This document shows positions 21,526 through 32,600 of a stretch of 64,000 nt of DNA, in pieces (position 1 is the stretch's first letter; every line of letters begins with the position of its first letter). A model generated the notes under the pieces. The model worked only from the letters and a program-made list of their open reading frames with translations, ran no database searches and was not told where the DNA came from. The position numbers and the translations under genes are program-made. This DNA comes from an uncultured Ignavibacteria bacterium. Its GTDB lineage: Bacteria; Bacteroidota; Ignavibacteria; Kapaibacteriales; Kapaibacteriaceae. The stretch spans positions 66 through 64,065 of the forward strand of contig CALMZQ010000166.1 of the NCBI GenBank assembly GCA_937870915.1. The letters run 5' to 3'.

Positions 21526-24500
21526 ATGAGACTCCTCGCCACCATCTTGGTGTTTGCGGCAACGGCGTTTTGCGCTGTGACGAGTCATGCGCAGCGATGG
21601 AAGAATGTTGCCATCCCTGCTCCGTATAGTGCCGGGTATTACCTCGACATCTATTTCCTTCCATCCGATCCTAACCTAGGGTGGGCATGCGATCAGCTCA
21701 AGGGCTACGTAATCCGCACAACAGATGGCGGAGATAGTTGGCAGGGTGTTACCGTTGCTCCAGGCTTGCCGGCATGCCATCTTGAATATATTCAGTTCCT
21801 TAACCCCAGCGTTGGCTACTGCTCCGGACCATGCGGAATTTATAAGTCCACGGATGGTGGAGTATCGTGGTCCACGGACCTCACACCAGACACATCATAC
21901 AGCATGTGGGGAGGACAATTCCGCAACGATCAAGAAGGGTGGTTCACCGGAGGTGGAAGCTGCGGCAATAATATCGTCCTAAGAACTACCGACGGAGCTG
22001 CAACGTTTGCGGTCTTCCACGACACAACAGAAAGACAGAGCGTTCTCTCGGATCCGTATTGGGATGCTTCAATGCCCGCCAATACGCTGTATTCCATCGG
22101 TTCGGGCTCTCTGTGGCGCTCACAAGACGATGGATTAACATGGAGTGTGTTAACTCGAACAGGAACAAATGCTCCCTGGCACGAAGAACTCTCCATGAAT
22201 GGAAATGCGGTTCTCATTCCGCTTGGGGGCAACAAATGCAGCCCCGGAATACCAGGTGTATACACTGGTATGCGATTCAGTCAAGATCTTGGCCAGACAT
22301 GGAATGAGTACAACACAGGGTTGGAGATGTTCGGCACGTTTCTCCATAGTGCCACCTCAGGCTGGGCGGCGGGTTGGGATGCAGCCGTCTACTACACATC
22401 CAATGCCGGACAGTCTTGGCAGCTGAGAAACTGTGGCCTTGATGGTGCAAGTATGGACGACATCTTCTTCCTCAACAATTCTGATGGTTGGGTAGTTGGG
22501 GATGGAGTGTTCCGCACGGCACCCGCATTAAGAATCCAGAGTGATACGTCTCTCGTCTTCCGTAACGTTTGTCCGGATCAAACAAAGCGTGATACTGTAA
22601 CGGTACAGAATCTCAATTGGTTTGCCTCTCCTTGGTCAGCAACGATCACCGGTCCGGATGCAGCAAACTTCCGTATTGTGAATGCCCCGTTGACGGCAAA
22701 CATCGGTTCGTGCACACCACAGCAGGTCATCATCGAATACAGACCGAGGTCGGCCGGTACGCACACAGCCACCCTTGCGATTCAGATACAGCAACCGGAT
22801 ACAACACTCGTGGTGTCGCTTATCGGTGACAGACGTGAACCTGTGGCTTTCCCAATAGATACCTTGGTGAGCTATACTACTCGCGTAGGTGTACCGGTTG
22901 ATCGAACACTGATGTGGCGATCCTCATCCGGACAGAATCTTGAATCGATCGTAAACATCACGCGTGTCTCGGGAGATTCGAACATCACACTGTCCTACGT
23001 TCCGCCGGCTATCGTACGGCCTGAAGGGACACTCACGTACCTCGCCGCAACAGTTCGTGATACTGGATGGACAGAGGCACAGTTCCGGGTGCAGTTAGCC
23101 CCCTGCACAAGAGATACGCTCATTACGGTGAGAATCTATGGAACATCACCGATCTTCAATAGTATCGTGAATGCTTCTGTAGAAGCAAAGTGCGAGACGC
23201 GGGATACGATTCGTATTCCCATCTCAAACACGGGCAATATTGCGTTGACTATTCGATCGATGACGGCGAGCAACCTAGGGCCGCAGGCCTTTGTGGTATT
23301 GGGATTTGTAAGTGGTCGGTTTGGTTCTCCTTGGGTGTTGCAGCCGCTCGAACGGGATACTGTGCTCGTAGAGTATCGTGCTCAGACCGGCAATGACAAT
23401 GCAACGATGACCATCGAAAATGACGACCTGACGATGACGCGTGGATCTAAGACCCCCTGGCAGATTGGCCTGCGTGGCGTGTCGCTACGTCCGATCCTCA
23501 ACATCACACCTCGAATTGTAGAACTTGGTTCGATGTGTACAGGTACGCAGCTCGACAAGACCGTTACGATTAAGAACGAGAGCCAAACAACAACGGCCAT
23601 CAACCTCACAACAACATCGGCGCAGTTAACAGGACTTACTGTTGGCAATATCACATTGCTGGGTGGACAGTCTCGCCAAGTCCGGTTCACGTATACTGCT
23701 TCGCGTAAGGGCCCGATACTCGACACAATACGTGTACAGATCAGACCATGTGACACAGTGGAAACGATCATTGTACGTGGTATGGTGGAAGACCTTGCTA
23801 TTACCATTACTCCACCATCCGTTGTTGACTCAGCTGATGTGAACACGCTGATTCAGAAACGATTTGTGATCAGACTTTCCACAGGCGATAGCGCAACAGT
23901 CACGGCTATACGCATGAGGCCACTCCCGTTTGCAATGATCACGGGCATCCCAAATGTACCGTTTGTGCTGCGCAAGAATGATAGTGCAATCGTAACCATC
24001 TCGTGGAGTTCGCCTGTACCTGAAGAATACATCGGCTTTTTGGATGTTGAAGCACACACAACATGTTCAACAACAGTGGCGGCTGACGTTCACCTCAAGA
24101 CGATTTCAACCGATCTTTCTCTGGGACCACCAGTGTTGCAGTGGACGCAACAATGTTCTTCACGAGTGCAGCGAGATAGTGTCTACATCGACGTACGTGG
24201 AGGGAGAACTGTAACCCTAACCGGAGCGTCGATTCGCGAGTCAGGTACACCCTTCCGAGTAGTAGGTCCGGCTACTCCGCTTGCGATGAACCAGGGCACA
24301 AGACATTGGATAGTTGTAGAATACGACCCCCAATCATTCACGGGGCTCTCCACAGCCACACTCGATGTGGTGACGGATGCAAAAGCGGGAACGTATGCCG
24401 TGCCATTGAGGGGATCGTTGTTGATTCCTGACATCGTAGCATCACCTACAAGCGTAGACTTTGGAACGGTGGAAGCCTGCCTCTCAAAGTCTTCGTCAAC

Positions 24501-25770
24501 AGTGACACTCCACAACAACGGTTCGTTGCAAACGGACGTGGATGTGTTGATGCCAAATGCACCGCGAGGGCTTCGCGCTCTTCAGTCGGTTGTAAGTGTT
24601 GCGCCTTCTGATAGCGCACTCGTAACAGTTGAGGTGGATCCTTCGCAACTATCAGCAGGAACAACGACTGCGCAGATCCTCCTTGTTGATCGAGTCTGTG
24701 GCCTCACTGATACAGTTACTGTTGTAGTTGTGCTTGCACCAAGCGACCGGCTGGTGCTAACACCCGACCCGCTTGATCTTGGAACGCTGGAGCCTGCGCA
24801 GACGGCCTCGGGTATTGTGAACATCGGTAATCCCGGGCTAGGCCCGCGCACCATCGTTGAATTGCGTGTTGAGCCCCCTTCAGCTCCATGGCGGATCGTA
24901 ACGTCTGTAAATGGACAACAGGTTGCTGCAGGTAGCTCTGTACCCACAACGATAGAATACGCACCACTTGCTCAAGGCGTGCACGACGCCCAACTTGTGC
25001 TTGTTGATGTTGATCAATGCACAACATCCATGGCCATTGGCTTGAAAGGGCGAGCCCAAGATCCGCGTGTTCCACCATCGTATACGTTACAGTTGCACAT
25101 TGAAGACTACGTAACGGGTCCTGGGGCTCGGCTGTCGATCCCAATCTATTGGGATACAGATGTTCACGACGCATTGATCGACAGCATGAAGACGCACATC
25201 GCCTTCAACAAGATCAACCTCATGGTTGATTCCGTCTCTACCGGAACGATGCAGGATGCAACGGTTGAGTGGATGATGGATGATGATTCAATAGGCGTCA
25301 CTCTCCGATCGATCGGTCCGGATTGCGGTACACCAGGCATCATTGCCGTCCTCCACGGAACTGCGTATTCGGCAATACCAGATAGTACAGAGGTGGCCTT
25401 TACACGCACATCACTTTGGGCCGATGAAGCAGTAAATGTCCAGATTGAAGATGGATCCGTGATCGTTGATGCATGTGGCCCACGCTTTATGATCCGTATT
25501 GGCGAGTCTTCTACGTTCAGAATCCTTCCGCCACTTCCCGCAAGGGATGTGATCTCTGTAGAGGCCATAGCAAAGACTGGCGACTTTGTAACGATCGAGA
25601 TCGTTGATGGCCTTGGGAATGTTGTGCGCAACTACCAGAATGTGAAGATCTCGGAAGGGGCTTCTGTTCTGCAGTTCCCTACTGAAGGTCTTGCGTCTGG
25701 AGTGTATGGTGTACGAATTACATCTGGTTCGAGTGGTTCGCTAACTACTTCTGTACCGCTGGTTCGGTGA
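21526..25770 (+). CDS. very large secreted protein: BNR/Asp-box beta-propeller + multiple Ig-like (choice-of-anchor-D/ASH-like) domains + T9SS CTD
   Basis: ATG 21526 gives the signal peptide MRLLATILVFAATAFCAVTSHAQ. Asp-box repeats: TTDGGDSWQ, STDGGVSWS, SQDDGLTWS, SQDLGQTWN, TSNAGQSWQ. There are repeated roughly 100-aa modules with xDFGTV / LDLGTL / VELGSM openings. The C-terminus ...GVYGVRITSGS...VPLVR is T9SS-sorting-domain-like. Confidence 0.8.
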   Translation: MRLLATILVFAATAFCAVTSHAQRWKNVAIPAPYSAGYYLDIYFLPSDPNLGWACDQLKGYVIRTTDGGDSWQGVTVAPGLPACHLEYIQFLNPSVGYCSGPCGIYKSTDGGVSWSTDLTPDTSYSMWGGQFRNDQEGWFTGGGSCGNNIVLRTTDGAATFAVFHDTTERQSVLSDPYWDASMPANTLYSIGSGSLWRSQDDGLTWSVLTRTGTNAPWHEELSMNGNAVLIPLGGNKCSPGIPGVYTGMRFSQDLGQTWNEYNTGLEMFGTFLHSATSGWAAGWDAAVYYTSNAGQSWQLRNCGLDGASMDDIFFLNNSDGWVVGDGVFRTAPALRIQSDTSLVFRNVCPDQTKRDTVTVQNLNWFASPWSATITGPDAANFRIVNAPLTANIGSCTPQQVIIEYRPRSAGTHTATLAIQIQQPDTTLVVSLIGDRREPVAFPIDTLVSYTTRVGVPVDRTLMWRSSSGQNLESIVNITRVSGDSNITLSYVPPAIVRPEGTLTYLAATVRDTGWTEAQFRVQLAPCTRDTLITVRIYGTSPIFNSIVNASVEAKCETRDTIRIPISNTGNIALTIRSMTASNLGPQAFVVLGFVSGRFGSPWVLQPLERDTVLVEYRAQTGNDNATMTIENDDLTMTRGSKTPWQIGLRGVSLRPILNITPRIVELGSMCTGTQLDKTVTIKNESQTTTAINLTTTSAQLTGLTVGNITLLGGQSRQVRFTYTASRKGPILDTIRVQIRPCDTVETIIVRGMVEDLAITITPPSVVDSADVNTLIQKRFVIRLSTGDSATVTAIRMRPLPFAMITGIPNVPFVLRKNDSAIVTISWSSPVPEEYIGFLDVEAHTTCSTTVAADVHLKTISTDLSLGPPVLQWTQQCSSRVQRDSVYIDVRGGRTVTLTGASIRESGTPFRVVGPATPLAMNQGTRHWIVVEYDPQSFTGLSTATLDVVTDAKAGTYAVPLRGSLLIPDIVASPTSVDFGTVEACLSKSSSTVTLHNNGSLQTDVDVLMPNAPRGLRALQSVVSVAPSDSALVTVEVDPSQLSAGTTTAQILLVDRVCGLTDTVTVVVVLAPSDRLVLTPDPLDLGTLEPAQTASGIVNIGNPGLGPRTIVELRVEPPSAPWRIVTSVNGQQVAAGSSVPTTIEYAPLAQGVHDAQLVLVDVDQCTTSMAIGLKGRAQDPRVPPSYTLQLHIEDYVTGPGARLSIPIYWDTDVHDALIDSMKTHIAFNKINLMVDSVSTGTMQDATVEWMMDDDSIGVTLRSIGPDCGTPGIIAVLHGTAYSAIPDSTEVAFTRTSLWADEAVNVQIEDGSVIVDACGPRFMIRIGESSTFRILPPLPARDVISVEAIAKTGDFVTIEIVDGLGNVVRNYQNVKISEGASVLQFPTEGLASGVYGVRITSGSSGSLTTSVPLVR

Positions 25771-26809
25771 TTGAACCAAAGAGTTTTCTGAGGCATGCCC
25801 GCACCCCGTCCTGAAACGCCAATTTGGAATCTACAGCTACCATGAACTGCGCCTTTTTGATTGGCGTGTACGACGCATCAGGCTTGATCTCGTTATAGAT
25901 CAAGGTTAACTCAGCGCCACCCTTCTTGCGCTCAAATCGTCCAGTTATCACGTGATGTACCTCAAAGCCCTTCAGGATGGTAAGCTCAGAGCGCGATAAA
26001 GGATTGTAATTCTCTACCATATAAAGTCCGGCAAGTGCATAGATGCTATCCCTACTCTCTATGTCCACCACCGAGATCTCTGCACTCTGCCGCATTGCAG
26101 CTACAATCGTAGAGACTGCGTCATAGGATGCAGCGATCTTTTCACGCATTATTGACCACGGGGCGAGGTCGGGATTCGACACGATAAACTCAATACCACC
26201 AACAGCAGCCAATTGAGTAGGTCGAACGATGAAGCCCGAATCGGCTTGTGCATACAGAGCAGAGTCTAACACAGCAACACAAAGGGCACGCTGTGTTGCT
26301 GAAAGGATCGCAGGATCGATGATCCGCTTCTTGGAGCTGTCGGATTGGAGGAATGAGGTTCCGTATCCAACGCCCGACGTGGTAACTACCCATCCATCGC
26401 CGCCAACGATCACCACCTCCATGCGAACGAGATTCGCAATACGTCCAATAGAGCAGAATGCGATGAGTTCAGCACCCAATCTGTCTGCTGCAACCTGTAC
26501 TGACATCGAGTCATTACGGGCAGTACGAACAAGTGAGTCACGGGTAACATTTGGGATAAGTGCATAACGTCCGGAGGCTTCAAGAGCGATAGCAAGTGCC
26601 GCCTCCACCTTATATGCCGATACGTACGGATCAGTAGAATCGAATTGAATGCCCCCTACCAAGACCTTCTGGATGGGCGTTTGAGCCCACACGGACGGAG
26701 AAAGAACAAGCACCAGAGGCATCACAAGCCAGTGTTTCCAGTTGGTAATACGCTGGTAACATGCACCTAACAGCGCGCCGATAGTTTCGTAGACGTTCGT
26801 TCTGTTCAT
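25745..26809 (-). CDS. hypothetical periplasmic/secreted protein with two related halves
   Basis: I chose ATG 26809 (MNRTNVYE...WLVMPLVLVLSPSVWAQ) because the ORF-track extension to 27172 would run antisense through the TonB-receptor gene. Two segments open similarly (VLVGGIQFDS... and LAAVGGIEFIVS...). The 3' end overlaps the convergent giant gene by 26 nt. Confidence 0.55.
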   Translation of the reverse strand: MNRTNVYETIGALLGACYQRITNWKHWLVMPLVLVLSPSVWAQTPIQKVLVGGIQFDSTDPYVSAYKVEAALAIALEASGRYALIPNVTRDSLVRTARNDSMSVQVAADRLGAELIAFCSIGRIANLVRMEVVIVGGDGWVVTTSGVGYGTSFLQSDSSKKRIIDPAILSATQRALCVAVLDSALYAQADSGFIVRPTQLAAVGGIEFIVSNPDLAPWSIMREKIAASYDAVSTIVAAMRQSAEISVVDIESRDSIYALAGLYMVENYNPLSRSELTILKGFEVHHVITGRFERKKGGAELTLIYNEIKPDASYTPIKKAQFMVAVDSKLAFQDGVRACLRKLFGSITEPAVQK

Positions 26810-26833
26810 GTCGTAAGTGATCGGGTAAAGTCT

Positions 26834-29659
26834 ATGAAACACATTCTCACATCGCTCCTTCTGTGCGCCAGCGTCATTGTTGCAGCCGCGCAAACAGGAT
26901 CCATTGATGGCAAAGTTACGGATGCCGAGACAGGCGAGGCTCTCCGTGGCGCCAGTATTGGCGTTGTAGATACCAAGAAGGGTGCCTACTCCGACACAAA
27001 AGGTACATTCCGGATCAAGAAACTTGCTGCCGGTACGTACAAGCTTCGAGTAACCTTTATCGGGTACGAGACAAAAGTGGTAGAAGGCATTGTGGTCAAA
27101 GACGACGCCGCAACACCTGTCTCCATTGTACTCGGCGCATCCGTAAAGGTGAACAAAGAAGTTGTTGTTCAAGCCTCCCGTGTGAATGACAACGCGGCAG
27201 CACTTCTTGCAGAGCGCAAGAACGCTGCACAGGTTAGTGATGGAATTGGGCGCGAGGAGATCTCAAAGCTCCCGGACAGTGATGCCGGCCAGTCGCTCAA
27301 GCGCGTCTCGGGTGTTACGCTCGTAGAGGGCAAATACGTCTACGTGCGTGGTGTGAGTGAGCGATACAGTAACACCACATTGAATGGGGCTTCCCTTTCC
27401 TCAACAGAACCAGATAAGAAGGCATTTGCGTTTGACATGTTTCCGGCTGAATTGCTGGAGAATGCCAACGTTACAAAATCCTTCACACCAGACCTCCCCG
27501 GCAATTTCTCCGGTGGTCTCGTTCAATTGAACACGATAGACTTTCCTTCGTCGTATAGTGTAAAGGTGAGTGGATCCCAGTCCATCAACGACTACGTTAC
27601 CTTCCATCAAGGCGAGTTTCTTTCCTACACGGGCTCATCAAAGGACTGGTCTGCAAATGGTGCAAGTGAGCGCAACTACCCGACCAATATCCCGGCGAAT
27701 CGAGAAGAATTCCTGAGCCTCAACAGCAAGGCTCAAGTTGGCGACGTGGATGCTGCTAACCGAGTTGCTGAAATCGGCTCCGGTTTTCCGAATTCGCAAT
27801 GGAAGACCAATTACGAAACTGCTCCAATGAATGGCGGACTTGGTGTTACGATAAGCGCTCCCATTGAGCTTGGTGAAACGGATGCACTTGGGATCGTTGC
27901 CAATGTGAATTACGGTAACAGCTATTCGATGAATAGGATGACGCGGTCGGCACTCCAAGCAGATCGGTCCTTGCAGTTCTCTAAAGCCGGGTATACAGCG
28001 GCTCGAAGTTCCAGCCTTGGTGGACTTCTCAATCTTGCGTACCGTCTTGGTGAGAGCTCAACATTCTCGTTGAAAAACGTATACAACCGTTCCATGGATG
28101 ATGAGTCTCTTGAACTCAACGGTGAAAGCTTCTCGCAGGCTCAAACGCGACGTGAGTTTGGCTTTAACTACGTGCAGAAGGAGCTGCTCACGTCACAACT
28201 TGGCGGTGAGCACACGATTGGATCATTCAACAACGCCGTTGTTAACTGGAAGCTTGGATACTCTGAAACCCAACGCGATGAGCCCGACTATCGACGCCTT
28301 CAATACTCACGTCAGTCTACAGACACGCAGTCTCCGTTGGCCATCAACTTCTCGCCATCACCAACGGGCGATGGAACTACAGCCGGGCGTTTCTACTCCG
28401 ATATGTCGGAATATTATCGCATCGCTTCTGCCAATGTAACCCTTCCTGTTGAAGCTTCGAAGATCAAGTTTGGCGGACTCTATGAGTTCAGGAATCGCGA
28501 CTTCACTGCGCGATCCTTTACGGTGATCCAATCTCGCAATTACGCGGGAGATATCGACGGGCTCTTTACTACCACAGAACAGGGTAGAGTAGATCCATCG
28601 GCTGCCTTTGCAGACTCTAACTATTCTGCAGACCGCCTCATGATGTCAGAAGAAACACGGCTGTCAGACGCCTACACAGCGTCTGAACAACTCGGAGCAG
28701 CATATGTGATGGCAGACGTTCCGTTTGACTTTGTTGGCATGAAGATGCGCTTCATTGGTGGTGCGCGCGTTGAGAGCAGTTTTCAACAATTGAATTCCTT
28801 CGATGCTCAAGATCAGGCAGTGAATCCAGTTGTTGATGTTACCGACGTACTACCGTCCATCAACCTGGTGATCAGTCCAACTGAGGACATGAACATTCGC
28901 CTCGGCGCAACACAAACGCTGGCACGTCCATCCCTGCGTGAGTTTGCCCCCTTCTCCTTCTACAACTTCCAGATTCAGGCCGTCACAACCGGTAATCCGA
29001 ATCTCACACGTGCCCTCATCCAGAACTATGACGTTCGCTGGGAGATGTTCCCGAATGCTGGCGAAGTGATCAGCGTGAGTGCATTCTACAAGACATTCAC
29101 CAATGCCATCGAAGAAACCATCCTTCCGTCAACATCAGAAGTGATCTACAGCTTCCAGAATGCAAACGGTCAGGCTCAGAATTACGGAATCGAGTTTGAA
29201 GCGCGGAAACAATTGGGCTTCATTGCTTCATTCCTTACGCCGTTTACACTCTCCGTGAATGCAGCCATTATCAATTCACACATCGTTGTGAATCAGGGTG
29301 GCGTAACTGATGAACGTACCATGTGGGGACAAAGCCCATACACGGTTAACATCGGACTCTTCTATACAAACTTCAGCACCGGATCATCGATCAATCTTGG
29401 TTTCAACACCTACGGACAGCGCATCATCAAGGTTGGCCAGCGTGGAGCATTCCAGTTTGACGATCCACACGTGTATGAGATGCCGCGCCAAATGCTCGAT
29501 GTGAGTTTGAGCCAAAACCTAGGCAGCAACCTTGAGCTCAAATTCGCGGTTCGCGACATTCTCAATCAGCCCTTGTACTGGGAGCAGGGCGGCGTAAACA
29601 TTCAATCAAACATCCGTGGTCGTACCTACACCTTCGGTGTAGGATATCGTTTCAATTGA
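26834..29659 (+). CDS. TonB-dependent outer-membrane receptor with N-terminal CarboxypepD_reg domain
   Basis: Signal peptide, then CarboxypepD_reg (GSIDGKVTDAETGEALRGASIGV...GTFRIKKLAAGTYKLRVTFIGYE). Plug region (LERVSGVT-like LKRVSGVTLVEGKYVYVRGVSERYSNTTLNG). Long beta-barrel ending ...RTYTFGVGYRFN. Confidence 0.9.
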   Translation: MKHILTSLLLCASVIVAAAQTGSIDGKVTDAETGEALRGASIGVVDTKKGAYSDTKGTFRIKKLAAGTYKLRVTFIGYETKVVEGIVVKDDAATPVSIVLGASVKVNKEVVVQASRVNDNAAALLAERKNAAQVSDGIGREEISKLPDSDAGQSLKRVSGVTLVEGKYVYVRGVSERYSNTTLNGASLSSTEPDKKAFAFDMFPAELLENANVTKSFTPDLPGNFSGGLVQLNTIDFPSSYSVKVSGSQSINDYVTFHQGEFLSYTGSSKDWSANGASERNYPTNIPANREEFLSLNSKAQVGDVDAANRVAEIGSGFPNSQWKTNYETAPMNGGLGVTISAPIELGETDALGIVANVNYGNSYSMNRMTRSALQADRSLQFSKAGYTAARSSSLGGLLNLAYRLGESSTFSLKNVYNRSMDDESLELNGESFSQAQTRREFGFNYVQKELLTSQLGGEHTIGSFNNAVVNWKLGYSETQRDEPDYRRLQYSRQSTDTQSPLAINFSPSPTGDGTTAGRFYSDMSEYYRIASANVTLPVEASKIKFGGLYEFRNRDFTARSFTVIQSRNYAGDIDGLFTTTEQGRVDPSAAFADSNYSADRLMMSEETRLSDAYTASEQLGAAYVMADVPFDFVGMKMRFIGGARVESSFQQLNSFDAQDQAVNPVVDVTDVLPSINLVISPTEDMNIRLGATQTLARPSLREFAPFSFYNFQIQAVTTGNPNLTRALIQNYDVRWEMFPNAGEVISVSAFYKTFTNAIEETILPSTSEVIYSFQNANGQAQNYGIEFEARKQLGFIASFLTPFTLSVNAAIINSHIVVNQGGVTDERTMWGQSPYTVNIGLFYTNFSTGSSINLGFNTYGQRIIKVGQRGAFQFDDPHVYEMPRQMLDVSLSQNLGSNLELKFAVRDILNQPLYWEQGGVNIQSNIRGRTYTFGVGYRFN

Positions 29660-29685
29660 TTTCCATATCTCATCAGAGGTCACAT

Positions 29686-32600
29686 ATGAAGACTCTATGT
29701 CTTCTTGCACTAATCATCGTGGTCACCGCCACACAGATGATGGCGCAAAACCCTACATCTTGCCAAATCAAATTTCCGAATGGTGGAGAAACCTTCCGTC
29801 CGGGCTCAACACAGGAAATGCGCTGGGATACAGCCGGTACATTCCGTGCTCGTTGGCGGTTTAAGTATGGTACTTCGCCGGCCGGACCGTGGACTACTCT
29901 TGCGGGTCAAACGGCAAATGTTCTCGATTCGGGCTCTACACGTGGGCAGTCAGTCCCAGTTAGTGGCGGATGGCGCGTACCTGCACAAGGGACGTCTTCC
30001 GGCTATATCCGTATGGAACTCATCGCAGACTCAAACAACGTATTCGATATCACGGACAATCCATTCACCATCGAGTCGCCATCAATCATTCGGCCGGACT
30101 CCGTACTACGTGGTGAGATCACAGGCCGCATTCATCTTAGCAACACAAAGATCTACGGTATAGATGGCTACCTCTATGTAAACGATGGAGCTGTCCTTGA
30201 GATCGAGGCCGGAACCGTTGTTGTTGGAGACACTGTTGGTCAAAACTCCGTTTTGTGCGTCAATCGTGGTGGCAAAATCATTGCAAACGGAACCAAGACA
30301 CAGCCTATCGTCTTTACGAGTTCGGCTGCTCCTGGTCAGCGAGCACGCGGAGACTGGGGCGGTATTGTGATTTGCGGTAAGGCACGAACAAATCATCCAG
30401 GTGGCCAAGCAGCTATTGAAGGTGGTATCGCTGAGTCAACTCCTGGTCGCGGTTGGTTCGGTGGTACTGATGACGAAGACAATAGCGGTTCACTCCAGTT
30501 TGTCCGTATTGAGTTTGCCGGAATCGCAGTTGCGCCGAATAACGAACTTAACTCGCTTACGATGGGTGGGGTGGGACGGGGCACCGTGCTTAGTAACATT
30601 CAAGTATCCTACGGTAACGACGATGGTTATGAATGGTTTGGCGGTACTGTGAATGCCAAGAATCTCATCTCGTATGGTATTCTCGACGATGACTTCGATA
30701 CAGACAACGGATACCGTGGCAAGGTCCAATTCGTACTCGTGAAGCGATTCCGCACAACTGCAGACGTCTCTACGTCGCAGGCCTTTGAGTCAGACAATGA
30801 CGCAACTGGCTCATTCAATGCTCCATTGACGTCGGCCCTGTTCTCCAACGTAACCGTGATCGGTCCGGTGCAAGACACAACGTGGACCACGGGCAGCGGA
30901 GCGAACCAGTATAGCTCGCGGTATGGTGCAGCTGCACAGATCCGTCGTAATTCTCGTCAGAGCATTTTTAACTCCGTCTTCATTGGATGGCCACGTGGAC
31001 TCGAGATTGCCCAGGTCCCAACGATGGCTGCAGCCAACACGGATTCACTTGCCATTCGCTCCAGCAATTGGTATGGCATCAAGGGTACGTGGCTGAATCT
31101 TGCGGGTGGTACGCCCCCTGCAGGGATGGATGCGAATTGGATCAGCAAGGCGGCATTCAATAACGGCGCAGACAAATCCAATCCGAACAATGCATTCCTC
31201 ACCAATCCATGGCCGAACGACGCGTCGTTCAATCCAGCTCCGCAAAACGTTGCACCGTATCTCAATACGGCATCGTATACAAATGGTGGTCCACTCTATC
31301 CAATCGACGATGATTTCTTCACGAAGGTGAACTATCGCGGTGCGTTTGCAGCAGATGAAGAGCGTTGGGATGCTGGATGGGCCAACTATGATCCGGTGAA
31401 CACTGAGTACCGTGCTGCTGTCACTGTTCGTTTAACAAAGCCAGGTGCAGGCTCCGGTGAATCATATCTTCAAGGGGCGAAGATCCCGGTTGAATGGGAC
31501 ACAACAAGTGCTGCCGGCAATACCTACAAGTTTGAATTCGGAACATCTGCAACAGGCCCATGGACGCCGATTGTAGGTGCGGAAGCAGTAGTTGATGCAG
31601 GCGCATCGCGCGGCAAGCTGACAAATGGATTCACGGCACCTGCTATCGTTACAGGTACGGGTTACATCAAGATGACACTTGTGAGCGACGCCTCGAAGTT
31701 CGATGTATCAGACGCCCCATTCTCGATCACAGCCCCCGTGGTTCTTGAACCTACAGTTCGGCTCATCGAGCCCGGAACGAACGTTCGTGAAGTTCGTGTT
31801 GGGCAGTCGGTGAACGTAACATGGGACACCACCGGAACATTCCGTCAACGCTGGCGCTTTGACTTTGGCAAGACGCAAACAGGTCCATGGACAACGTTGC
31901 CTGGACTCTCAAACGTTCTTGATTCTGCAGCCCGCCGCGGTCAAGTGGCTGGTGGCATCGTCTTCCGTCCGGCAGACCAAACAGAGACCGGCTACGTTCG
32001 CATGGTTCTTCTTAGCGATACCACAAAGACGGACGTGAATGACACGCCGATTCGCATCATTGCGCCGGCTCCCGTAAGAGTCGACTCCGTGCTTCGCGGA
32101 GAAATCACATCACGCGTTCACCTCTCGAACACAAAGATCTACGGTCTTGATGGCTACGTCTACGTGAATGATGGAGCAGTTCTCGAAATCGAACCAGGTA
32201 CCATCATTCTGGGCGATACTGTTGGTCAGAACTCAGTCCTTTGTGTCAATAAGGGCGGCAAACTCATCGCAAACGGAACACGCAAACTCCCAATCGTCTT
32301 CACTTCGAGCGCCCTGCCGGGTCAGCGTGCACGTGGTGACTGGGGCGGCATTGTGATCTGCGGTAAGGCTCGCACAAATCATCCGGGCGGACAAGCTGCC
32401 ATTGAAGGTGGTATCGCTGAAACAACAACGGGTGGTCGCGGCTGGTTCGGCGGCTCGGACGACGAAGATTCAAGCGGTTCGCTTCAATTCGTTCGTATTG
32501 AATTTGCCGGTATCGCAGTTGCTCCAAACAACGAGTTGAACTCCCTCACGATGGGTGCAGTAGGTAGTCGTACAGTTCTCGATCACATTCAAGTATCACA

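Noticed and set aside
25745-27172. 5' extensions of ORF-track models (25745-27172, 34418-35911, 16655-18868, 18753-19814, 3998-5119, 8966-9631, 21511, 29656, 51700)
   Set aside because: The extensions overlap neighbouring genes or precede clear signal peptides, SD sequences or family N-termini. Internal starts were chosen and are stated per feature.
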